DNA from: Spirochaetia bacterium
GTDB lineage: Bacteria > Spirochaetota > Spirochaetia > SP-2023
DNA length: 64,000 nt
Assembly (NCBI GenBank): GCA_965225855.1
Contig: CBDDCK010000005.1
Coordinates: forward strand, 896,001 to 960,000
Reading direction: 5' to 3'
Made by a program: the position numbers and the translations under genes. Shown piece by piece: positions 30,720-40,083 of the stretch. Numbering within the stretch: the first letter of the stretch is position 1; every line of letters begins with the position of its first letter. Under the pieces are notes generated by a model, which saw only the letters and a program-made list of their open reading frames with translations, had not been told where the DNA came from and made no database searches.

Positions 30720-31259
30720 CTATGGTTGTTGCTGGTTTTTTGTGCGGTCTAGCTCTATGCTTAGCTTGAGTTTTGCCTCGGCTAATTGTTGCTTTCCCAC
30801 TATGATTTGGAAGGGTAAGCCGGTTATCTTTTGGTAATTTGTTATAATTGTGCGTACATTTGTATACATTTCATCTATAGAGTTTCTGCTATCATCATCA
30901 AGAGTATCGTCTACGTAGTAAATGAAATACAAGTAGACTCGGTTTGGTTGGCTGTCAATAAAGTTGCTTTTAATATCAAATTTACATTGATAAGAAAACG
31001 CCAATAATAAAGTGTCCAAGGCTTTCTTGACGATTTCATGTTGTTGTTGCCGCCTATATTGCTTTATCTCTTTACGAGACTTTTGGGCAAACTCGCAGAC
31101 TTCCACAAAATAAAAGCACTGTTGTTTGCTATAGAAAAAGTCCATATCCTTTAAGGGCCAACTGCTTCCCAGCTGGTCTTTTACCTGAAAGCAAGTCTGT
31201 TCCCGTAATGCTTGGTCTTGAAACTGCACTATTAATCGGCCTTCGGTAAACTCAATCAT
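30720..31259 (-). CDS. Small PD-(D/E)xK-like hypothetical protein, partner of the TPR-ATPase
   Basis: 8-bp overlap with the ATPase stop; LKDMDFF...YFVEV motif; paralogue at 39496-40083. Confidence 0.65.
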   Translation of the reverse strand: MIEFTEGRLIVQFQDQALREQTCFQVKDQLGSSWPLKDMDFFYSKQQCFYFVEVCEFAQKSRKEIKQYRRQQQHEIVKKALDTLLLAFSYQCKFDIKSNFIDSQPNRVYLYFIYYVDDTLDDDSRNSIDEMYTNVRTIITNYQKITGLPFQIIVGKQQLAEAKLKLSIELDRTKNQQQP

Positions 31260-32772
31260 GCCACATTACCTCGTCATAACAGTCGTTCATATCTAAAGAT
31301 TCACTTAGTATTTCGTTGGTTGGCACCCCGTCCTTTAGGTTGTTTCTAACGCAACCACGCTTAGTTAGGGAAAAACAAAAGGCGCTTTGCTGCTGTTGTT
31401 TGCTGGCAATTACCAGCTCTTTTAATACAAAGTAGCTGTGGCTAGCGATAAATATTTGCACGCCTTTCGCCGCTAGTGCGGCCAAGATGCGCACAAACTG
31501 GCGCACCAAAGCGGGGTGAAGGTGGGCTTCTACTTCGTCTATCAACAGCACACTATTGCGATTGATGCTGTGATTCTCTAGCAATAAGCGCAGCTGTTGT
31601 ACTTTTTTTATTCCTTGAGCTCCCTGTTTAAAAGGGATTGTCTCACCGCTAGCCAGTTGGTAGATAAATGCATTGTGTGATTCAAGATTGGGATCGGGCT
31701 TTACGGTTTCACCTTCCTGATAATATTGTTCAAAGCATTCCAGCAAGCTCTCTTGCTGATTCAGTTCTCGAAAACCTCTGTGATTATCAAGCAATTTCTG
31801 GCAGGTTGTACTGTAAAAACGAGGATATTCCTCCGAGTCTCCCAGTATTGCGCTGTACCAACTTAGCAATTCTGTTGGTGGCAAAAACACAGAATCAAAG
31901 AAGAATAGGCTGTTATGTGTTTCATCGCTCGTGCTTTGCCAGAGCCATTGTTCGCTATAGCTTTGCAAACTAGCTTGGATATTGGCTTGCTCTATCAGCG
32001 ATAGTTTGAAATATTTTCGTAAGTGTTTCTTCGGTGTTTCGCTGGCAATGCAGTGCAATAGCGCCAGTAAAGTGGTTTTGCCTGTGCTGTTCTTGCCCAA
32101 AAATAAATTGATTTGGCCAAATTCCATCGCCAATTGTGGCAGGGCATATAGCCGGTCTAGCTCCAAACTCTGTATTTTTATCGGTTTAAAATCCTGCGGT
32201 TTTACCAGCTTAGATTGGTATTCATGGCTTTTGTCCAGCATGGGGTAGTGATCGGATAGTTGATTTACTTTTCGGCTATCGGCCAAGGCTTGTTCGTACT
32301 TTCCTTGTTTGGCATAGCATTCACTGCGATATAAATAGTAGAAAACCATAGCGTTTGGGTTTCTCTCTATCAATTGGTCGTACTCGGCAAGTGCGAGATT
32401 CCACTGTTCTGTTCTTTCGTATAACAAGGCTCTATCAACATAGATCGACATATAGTCTGGGTTTAATTCAATTACTTTGTTGTAATTCTCTAAGGCTTTA
32501 TCCCATTGTTCTTGCATTTGATATACATTACCTCGTTGATGATAAGCAGGTAAATAGTTTGGCTCTATCGCCAGGGCTTGGTTTAAATCTTGCAAAGATT
32601 GCTCTAATTCCCCTAGGTATCTATAACTTATTGCTCTGCTGTTGTAGATTTCAGCATTGTGTGGTTCTAGTTCAATCGCCACGGTGTAGGCTGCAATAGC
32701 CTCCGCGTCATTGCCTGCTTTTTGTCGCTTTTGCCCTCGATTGAAATGCTTTTTTGCTTCTTTATTTTTCAT
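31252..32772 (-). CDS. TPR repeat (about 5) plus ABC-type AAA ATPase
   Basis: TPRs, Walker A GKNSTGKTT, signature-like AQGIKK, Walker B LLIDEVEAHLHP, H-loop ASHS. Confidence 0.85.
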   Translation of the reverse strand: MKNKEAKKHFNRGQKRQKAGNDAEAIAAYTVAIELEPHNAEIYNSRAISYRYLGELEQSLQDLNQALAIEPNYLPAYHQRGNVYQMQEQWDKALENYNKVIELNPDYMSIYVDRALLYERTEQWNLALAEYDQLIERNPNAMVFYYLYRSECYAKQGKYEQALADSRKVNQLSDHYPMLDKSHEYQSKLVKPQDFKPIKIQSLELDRLYALPQLAMEFGQINLFLGKNSTGKTTLLALLHCIASETPKKHLRKYFKLSLIEQANIQASLQSYSEQWLWQSTSDETHNSLFFFDSVFLPPTELLSWYSAILGDSEEYPRFYSTTCQKLLDNHRGFRELNQQESLLECFEQYYQEGETVKPDPNLESHNAFIYQLASGETIPFKQGAQGIKKVQQLRLLLENHSINRNSVLLIDEVEAHLHPALVRQFVRILAALAAKGVQIFIASHSYFVLKELVIASKQQQQSAFCFSLTKRGCVRNNLKDGVPTNEILSESLDMNDCYDEVMWHD

Positions 32773-32794
32773 GATGTGGCTCCTGTGTTTACGA

Positions 32795-34316
32795 TTGATA
32801 AACCGTTTATCAATGGTTTACGGACTCATTTTAACCGATTGGGATTCTAAAGGGTATAGACCCTTTAGCGGGGTTTCGGGCAGAGCCCCGGATATAATAG
32901 TAAAGAGTAGGCTTGTCAATCGGTGGTAGTTGTATCATTTATCAATGGTTTACGGACTCATTTTAACCGATAGGGATTCTAAAGGGTTTAGACCCTTTAG
33001 CGGGGTTTGGGGCAGAGCCCCGAATATAGTAATAAAGAATAGGTTTGTCAATAGGTGGTAGTTGTATCATTTATCAATGGTTTACGGACTCATTCTAACC
33101 GATAGGGATTCTAAAGGGTTTAGACCCTTTAGCGGGGTTTGGGGCAGAGCCCCGAATATAATAGTAAAGAGCTGGTTTGTCAATAGGTGGTAGTTGTATC
33201 ATTTATCAATGGTTTACGGACTCATTTTAACCGATAGGGATTCTAAAGGGTTTAGACCCTTTAGCGGGGTTTGGGGCAGAGCCCCGAATATAGTAATAAA
33301 GAATAGGTTTGTCAATAGGTGGTAGTTGTATCATTTATCAATGGTTTACGGACTCATTCTAACCGATAGGGATTCTAAAGGGTTTAGACCCTTTAGCGGG
33401 GTTTGGGGCAGAGCCCCGAATATAGTAATAAAGAGTTAGCTTGTCAATCGCTGGTAGTTTTCCATATTGTCAACGATAGGGATTCTAAAGGGTCAAGACC
33501 CTTTAGCGGGGTTTGGGGCAGAGCCCCGAATATAAAAATAAATAGTTTACTTGTCAATAGGTGGTAGTTGTATCATTTATCAATGGTTTACGGACTCATT
33601 CTAACCGATAGGGATTCTAAAGGGTTTAGACCCTTTAGCGGGGTTTGGGGCAGAGCCCCGAATATAGTAATAAAGAGTTAGCTTGTCAATCGCTGGTAGT
33701 TTTCCATATTGTCAACGATAGGGATTCTAAAGGGTCAAGACCCTTTAGCGGGGTTTGGGGCAGAGCCCCGAATATAGTAATAAAGAGCTGGTTTGTCAAT
33801 CGCTGGTAGTTTTCCATATTGTCAACGATAGGGATTCTAAAGGGTTGCGACCCTTTAGCGGGGTTTGGGGCAGAGCCCCGAATATAATAGTAAAGAGCTG
33901 GTTTGTCAATAGGTGGTAGTTGTATCATTTATCAATGGTTTACGGACTCATTTTAACCGATAGGGATTCTAAAGGGTTGCGACCCTTTAGCGGGGTTTGG
34001 GGCAGAGTCCCGGATATAGTAATAAAGAGCTGGTTTGTCAATCGGTGGTAGTTGTATCATTTATCAATGGTTTACGGACTCATTCTAACCGATAGGGATT
34101 CTAAAGGGTTGCGACCCTTTAGCGGGGTTTGGGGCAGAGCCCCGGATATAGTAATAAAGAGCTGGTTTGTCAATCGGTGGTAGTTGTATCATTTATCAAT
34201 GGTTTACGGACTCATTTTAACCGATAGGGATTCTAAAGGGTTGCGACCCTTTAGCGGGGTTTGGGGCAGAGTCCCAAATATTACAATAAAGAGTAGGCTT
34301 GTCAATCGGTGGTAGT
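32795..34316 (-). repeat. Tandem array of 12 palindromic repeat units (132-bp and 110-bp periods)
   Basis: Core GATTCTAAAGGGT-N4-ACCCTTTAGCGGGGTTTGGGGCAGAGCCCC at 32843, 32975, 33107, 33239, 33371, 33481, 33613, 33723, 33833, 33965, 34097 and 34229. Confidence 0.95.
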
Positions 34317-34787
34317 ACCGGTAATATTCAGTACTTCAGCTAAGCACTTTAGCAAATTCGATACTTCGGTAAGCCACAGAGTTAAGTTCCTTTGCCCTAT
34401 GCTGGTATTGCCACCGTGTGCAAGTTGATTGCGGTTTTTAATTAAAGCAGCTATGGCATCTTTGGTTTCTTGGGTTATTCTTTGCTTAAATGCTTGTTGT
34501 AATGGCTCTGTTATATCTCCTAACAATTGTGAGAGTACGTCAAACTTAAATGAGCTTTGGCGGCGCAAAATGCGCTTTTGCACTAACTGATTCAGTGATT
34601 CTCCCGAATTTTGTGCCACATACTGCAACAGGTATTGCTTGACAGACTGTTCATAGTGCGCACTGATACGAATGCAAAGATACTGGTTAAAGTCCCCTTG
34701 CAAGTCGACATCTTCTATAGCAGTAGACTTTTCTAGCTTTTGTTGTAAGCGATTATTGTTGGTGCTTATGTTGTAATCTGCTACCAT
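34302..34787 (-). CDS. HEPN domain protein (RiboL-PSP/MAE_28990-like)
   Basis: RNQLAHG Rx4H motif, N-terminal SAHYEQ helix; downstream of DUF262. Confidence 0.8.
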   Translation of the reverse strand: MVADYNISTNNNRLQQKLEKSTAIEDVDLQGDFNQYLCIRISAHYEQSVKQYLLQYVAQNSGESLNQLVQKRILRRQSSFKFDVLSQLLGDITEPLQQAFKQRITQETKDAIAALIKNRNQLAHGGNTSIGQRNLTLWLTEVSNLLKCLAEVLNITGTTTD

Positions 34788-34790
34788 AAT

Positions 34791-35906
34791 CTACAGTTTG
34801 GCAAAGGTTTGTTGTGCTAAGTCAAAGCGTTTATCTACATGGTTTTCGTCCGCTGTAGGGCCTTTACAGTATTCTTTGTATGTATTGTTCTGCAACAATT
34901 CATCGTATAATGTTTTGACTCTCTGTGGTTTAAGCTCTGTATTACTAGACAATTTGTGGGCCAACGCTACCATTACCGAATCAAAACAAGCTGCATTAAA
35001 GATTTTAAAAGGCCGAAAGGCTTTGTTTGGTTCACCGTTAAAAGCATCATAGACCAGCTTTATTGTGCGGCCAAATAACTGAAAGTCGATATTGCTACCG
35101 TCTTTATGTGCACTCATAAACTCGTTCATAAACTTTTTATATGGTGCTTTATAGTTTGCTCTGTTGTAGTAGTAGGCATAAAAACGCAGTATATATTCCT
35201 CATCTTTTTTGCGGTTATCTTCCTTGCCGTAGATGGCCCGCCAGTGCTGATTCTGGTTGAGTTGCTCGAGTTGATTGTTAAACTCACCCATATACATACA
35301 GGCCCTAAGCTCTTGGGGCGCCAATACCCGCCCGCTGGAATTGAGCCTTTCAAACACTAAGTAAATGCCACTCTGGCTGCGATCGGGTTTTTCTTGCTTT
35401 ACAACCGTAATATGTAGCATGGCATTGTCTAGCTTTCTTTGGTAGACATCCGCTAAGTCTTGGTATGTTTTACCATGAAGTGGGTTGCTTTTACCCAGTT
35501 GCAAGGCAAAACTTGTCGCTGGTTTTGTACCTGTAGGGAACTGATTGGCAAAGAATCCTTCAATGGTTTTTAGCCGTTGTTGGCCGTCAATTACCATAAA
35601 CTTTTCATCATTTGTTTTGGCTAAAAAGATGGTAGGGATAGGCAAATCCATCAATAGCGATTCTATAAATCGGGAAGCTTCGGCTTTATTCCAGACGTAG
35701 TTGCGTTGGTAGTTCGGTATAATAAACTCTTGCTTTTGTAGTTTTCTAACCAGAATCTCTACAGTAAAGTCCACCCCATACGTACTAATCTCATAATTAT
35801 ATCGTATATCTTCATTTTCTCCGCTTTCTTGTTCGGCTTGCAATTCCTGCTGTTCTGGTGTTAATCGATCACGAAAGTTATTGTCAATATCGCTTTCTTG
35901 GGACAT
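34791..35906 (-). CDS. DUF262 (GmrSD N-terminal, ParB-like) protein
   Basis: IPNYQRNYVW, FIESLLMDLPIP, IDGQQRL, FERLNSSG motifs. Confidence 0.9.
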   Translation of the reverse strand: MSQESDIDNNFRDRLTPEQQELQAEQESGENEDIRYNYEISTYGVDFTVEILVRKLQKQEFIIPNYQRNYVWNKAEASRFIESLLMDLPIPTIFLAKTNDEKFMVIDGQQRLKTIEGFFANQFPTGTKPATSFALQLGKSNPLHGKTYQDLADVYQRKLDNAMLHITVVKQEKPDRSQSGIYLVFERLNSSGRVLAPQELRACMYMGEFNNQLEQLNQNQHWRAIYGKEDNRKKDEEYILRFYAYYYNRANYKAPYKKFMNEFMSAHKDGSNIDFQLFGRTIKLVYDAFNGEPNKAFRPFKIFNAACFDSVMVALAHKLSSNTELKPQRVKTLYDELLQNNTYKEYCKGPTADENHVDKRFDLAQQTFAKL

Positions 35907-36059
35907 CGTATCCTCCTTTTATAAAGGGCAGAATAAACAAATAACTATTTGGGGTCAAACGAATGTAGAGTATAAATTCTATTTTTTGAGGTAGGGAAGT
36001 CTATTAAAAATAAACACTGAATCGGCCTAAATTAAATCCATTATCACCGATTTCTATCT

Positions 36060-36540
36060 TAGCTATCTATAACATTATTTGGGGCTCTGCCCCAAACCCC
36101 GCGCAAGGGTCTATACCCTTGAGGATCCCAATCGTTGATTGTTTAAGTTACTCTTTGGCAACCTGTCTTTAATCATCACTTATTTTTACCCCAACTATCT
36201 ACTATATCATTCGGGGCTCTGCCCGAAACCCCGCGCAAGGGGTTATACCCTTTAGAATCCCAATAGTGCATAGTTTAAGTTACTCTTTGGCAATCTGTCT
36301 TTAATTATCACTTATTTTTACACCACTTATCTATAACATCATTCGGGGCTCTGCCCGAAACCCCGCGCAAGGGTCTATACCTTTTAGAATCCCAATCGGT
36401 TATAGTTTAAGTTACTCTTTGGCAATCTGTCTTTAATTATCACTTATTTTTACACCACTTATCTATAACATCATTCGGGGCTCTGCCCGAAACCCCGCGC
36501 AAGGGTATCTACCCTTTAGAATCCCAATCGTGTATAGTTT
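36060..36540 (+). repeat. Tandem array of 4 palindromic repeat units (132-bp period), opposite orientation
   Basis: GGGGCTCTGCCC(C/G)AAACCCCGCGCAAGGG-...-ACCCTT cores at 36081, 36213, 36345 and 36477. Confidence 0.93.
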
Positions 36541-36623
36541 GACTGTTTGTTGGTGATAATCTATTGGTTGGTCTACTAGCAATAGATGGTCGATCATATA
36601 TTTTGTTAGCCTACAGAGTCAAG

Positions 36624-37202
36624 CTAGCTTGTTCCATTGTATGATAATTGCCCTTGTAAATGCTGGTTTACGGCCTCTATCAATGCCATTGAATGCTGAT
36701 ACATCTGCGAAATATCTTCCACGGTTAGCTGGCCTAGGTTTTGTTCTACGTAATTTTTATGGACAAGCTCATTGCGCTTATACCCCAATCTTATGAAAGA
36801 CTTGGCATAGCTCTCACTATAGCGATCGATACTTGTTAGTGATTCCATTTCTATATCTATGCTTTTTAGAAACCTATTAAAGCCACGTTGGTGTGGTTCT
36901 TTAAACTCAAACAGTTTATAAAACCCCCGATCGAAAACTTTAGTTTCTACTAGCTTAGTTAGGGAAGTAGTCTTGCTTGCATTTTGTAACCACTGTTTGA
37001 GCATTTCAATAAAGCAATGTTCGACATAACTAAAAGCAGAAATCACTAACGACTTACGCAGCTCTAGGTTTAGTTGGTTGGCATCGTCAAACTTCTCTTC
37101 AGCAGATAGAAATTCTTGTATTCTATGGCATAACTCTATCGATTGCTCTATTGAGCCCTTTGTTTGCATTGTTGTTTGTTGCATAAACTTATACTTTTGC
37201 AA
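36624..37202 (-). CDS. HEPN domain protein (RiboL-PSP-like)
   Basis: KSLVISAFSYVE, RNELVH Rx4H motif; overlaps the DUF262 stop. Confidence 0.8.
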   Translation of the reverse strand: MQKYKFMQQTTMQTKGSIEQSIELCHRIQEFLSAEEKFDDANQLNLELRKSLVISAFSYVEHCFIEMLKQWLQNASKTTSLTKLVETKVFDRGFYKLFEFKEPHQRGFNRFLKSIDIEMESLTSIDRYSESYAKSFIRLGYKRNELVHKNYVEQNLGQLTVEDISQMYQHSMALIEAVNQHLQGQLSYNGTS

Positions 37203-38361
37203 GAATATCTTTGGCAGTTTGTATGCGTTGTTCTACCAGTCCTTTGTTGGTAGTCGGTAGGTTGGTTTGTTGCAATCGCTGTTGAATAGTTTTCTTCAGC
37301 TGGTCAAACTGGGCTACTGTAATCGAGACTTGCACTTGCCCCTTGCAAGAAAGCTGGGCCCAAGCGGTAAACAATGCATCGAGTATCGTAACTAAAAATC
37401 TACCGTCATTACTTTTCAAGTTATAACTTTCTATGGGCTGGGTAAAGCTATTCAGAAAGTTAGCAAACATTTGTCTACACTCTGCAAGTTGTTCTTCGGT
37501 GAAGTCTTTTGTTGTTAGCGAAAAGGTATTGAGGAAACGTGCCATAGGTGGCTTGTATTCTTCGGCGTCAGCCAGAGCAAAACAACGCAACAAATACTCT
37601 ATATCTTTATAGTTGTTGTCGGGACTGTTTTGGCCTAACAACTTTTGCCATTGCGGTTTACGGTTTAGTTCATCGAGTAGTTGGTAAAACGGACCATCGA
37701 AAATCGATCGTCGTACTTCCTGGGGTGTTAGCTTAGTTCCACCAGTGTTTAAGCGCTTAAAGATTTCATACATCGAAGAAGCCTGATGTTCAGGTTTCGG
37801 ATCAAATTGAGTGATAGTGATAGTCCGCAGTGTTCGCATGTCGAATATCCATTGTTGTTTGATGCTTAGTTCGCTATACTTTATGCCATGCAAATCGTTC
37901 TTTTGTTCTACATTCGTTACTTTAGGGAGCTGCAAGCGGAAGTCTTCAAAGTATGTATTGTCATCAAATAGTTTGGGATCAATAAACTTGTAGCCTGCTT
38001 GTAGGGACTTTGACCGGATGGTGCCGTACTGATCTTTTCTGGGAAAGCGTTGTTTATAGAAAAAGTATATCGAAGATAGGCGCTGTTGGCCATCTATTAA
38101 CAATTGCTGTTTATTGTGTTCAAAGAGGAACAGCTGCGGTATCGGCAGCCCCATGATTAGCGATTCGATTAAAGAAGACGCTTGTTTTTTGTTCCACGTA
38201 AAGTTGCGTTGAAACGGTGGAATGGTGAATGAGCCTCGATCAATAAACTTTACTAAAGATTCAATATTCCAATCATTGGGTAGCGATCTTATATCATAAA
38301 CGGTTAATCCCGTTGCGTCATCCTCCTCTTCCTCTAATGGTTGTGCTTGATTTTCAGCCAT
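37189..38361 (-). CDS. DUF262 (GmrSD N-terminal) protein
   Basis: IPPFQRNFTW, LIESLIMGLPIP, IDGQQRL, FKRLNTGG. Confidence 0.9.
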   Translation of the reverse strand: MAENQAQPLEEEEDDATGLTVYDIRSLPNDWNIESLVKFIDRGSFTIPPFQRNFTWNKKQASSLIESLIMGLPIPQLFLFEHNKQQLLIDGQQRLSSIYFFYKQRFPRKDQYGTIRSKSLQAGYKFIDPKLFDDNTYFEDFRLQLPKVTNVEQKNDLHGIKYSELSIKQQWIFDMRTLRTITITQFDPKPEHQASSMYEIFKRLNTGGTKLTPQEVRRSIFDGPFYQLLDELNRKPQWQKLLGQNSPDNNYKDIEYLLRCFALADAEEYKPPMARFLNTFSLTTKDFTEEQLAECRQMFANFLNSFTQPIESYNLKSNDGRFLVTILDALFTAWAQLSCKGQVQVSITVAQFDQLKKTIQQRLQQTNLPTTNKGLVEQRIQTAKDILAKV

Positions 38362-38524
38362 AATGTCAACCTCCTCAATTGGTTTTTACCCGCTAGATTA
38401 TAGAAAAACACCGCCAGTTGTGCCATAACATGCTCTAAATTTTGTTGCATTTGCTTTCTGATACCCTACAGAAAGGCTGCCTATATATTTGAGTGATGGT
38501 AGATATTTGCACGATTGCCACTCC

Positions 38525-39420
38525 AACTATCCGCTATAGTATCTGGGGCGCTGCCCCAAACCCCGCGCAAGGGGTCTATACCCTTTAGAATCCCAATCGT
38601 GTATAGTTTAAGTTACTCTTTAGCAATCTGTCTTTGGCTTTCATTGATTTTTACCTTGACTACCTACAACATTATTCGGGGCGCTGCCCCAAACCCCGCG
38701 CAAGGGTCTATACCCTTGAGGATCCCAATTTGTTATAGTTTATCCGTAGACCATAAATAAATGATGAAACTATCAATGATGGACAAACCAATTATTTATT
38801 ATATTATTCGGGGCTCTGCCCCAAACCCCGCGCAAGGGTCTATACCCTTGAGGATCCCAATTTGTTATAGTTTATCCGTAGACCATAAATAAATGATGAA
38901 ACTATCAATGATGGACAAACCAATTATTTATTATATTATTCGGGGCGCTGCCCCAAACCCCGCGCAAGGGTCTATACCCTTGAGGATCCCAATTTGTTAT
39001 AGTTTATCCGTAGACCATAAATAAATGATGAAACTATCAATGATGGACAAACCAATTATTTATTATATTATTCGGGGCTCTGCCCCAAACCCCGCGCAAG
39101 GGTCTATACCCTTGAGGATCCCAATTTGTTATAGTTTATCCGTAGACCATAAATAAATGATGAAACTATCAATGATGGACAAACCAATTATTTATTATAT
39201 TATTCGGGGCTCTGCCCCAAACCCCGCGCAAGGGTCTATACCCTTGCGAATCCCAATTTGTTATAGTTTGTCTTATTGTTTGTTGCTCTGTCTTTGGCTT
39301 TCATTGATTTTTACCCCCACTACCTACTATATCAATCGGGGCTCTGCCCCAAACCCCGCGCAAGGGTCTATACCCTTACGAATCCCAATCGTGTATAGTT
39401 TGCTTGTCAATCGGTGGTAA
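38525..39420 (+). repeat. Tandem array of 7 palindromic repeat units (132-bp period)
   Basis: Cores at 38545, 38678, 38810, 38942, 39074, 39206 and 39338, with two linker types. Confidence 0.94.
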
Positions 39421-39495
39421 TCTGACCAATACCCTACAATTTTCGATCGGTTGATCGATTAAATTGAGCCTTTTTTCCCACTATTTAGGAAATGC

Positions 39496-40083
39496 TTATC
39501 CATTTTCCAGGCTCAAGAATACATTGAGTTTTTCTTTGGCTAATTGCTGGTCGATTAGCTTAAATTCAAAAGGCAATCTGTCATTCATTATGGTTGTATA
39601 CTTGTTTATTTCCGTTTCAATATTCTTTTTCCAGTCATCAAACTGTTGTTGACCCTGTAGATCGTCTTTTACATAGTAAATGAAATACAAGCATACTCGT
39701 TGGGGTTGGTTGTGGATAAAGTTGTTATCAATGGTAAAATTCCATTGATGAGAAAAGGCCAATAGCAAGGTATCTAAAGCTTTCTTGATGATTTCTTGTA
39801 GCTGTTCTTGCTTATATTGCTTGATAATATGGCGTTTGATGTCTTTAATAGAATTGCCTTCTCCGATAATTCCTTGCCATTCCGTAATATCTCTTTGGTA
39901 TGCTTTGGGCTGGTATTCGGAAACTTCGACAAAATAAAACCACTGTTGTTTGCTATAGAAAAAGTCCATATCCTTTAATTTCCAATTGCTTCCCAGTTTG
40001 TCTTCCACTTTAAAGCAGTTGGTTTCATTTAGGTTTTCATCTTCAAACCTTACGGTTAATCGGCTTTCTGTAAACTCAATCAT
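39496..40083 (-). CDS. Small PD-(D/E)xK-like hypothetical protein, partner of the TPR-ATPase
   Basis: Paralogue of 30720-31259; 8-bp overlap with the ATPase stop. Confidence 0.65.
   Translation of the reverse strand: MIEFTESRLTVRFEDENLNETNCFKVEDKLGSNWKLKDMDFFYSKQQWFYFVEVSEYQPKAYQRDITEWQGIIGEGNSIKDIKRHIIKQYKQEQLQEIIKKALDTLLLAFSHQWNFTIDNNFIHNQPQRVCLYFIYYVKDDLQGQQQFDDWKKNIETEINKYTTIMNDRLPFEFKLIDQQLAKEKLNVFLSLENG

Noticed and set aside
32795..39420. 132-bp arrays as a second CRISPR array, and the short ORFs inside them
   Set aside because: Linkers recur in a few types rather than being unique spacers, and no cas genes are adjacent. The ORFs are repeat translations.
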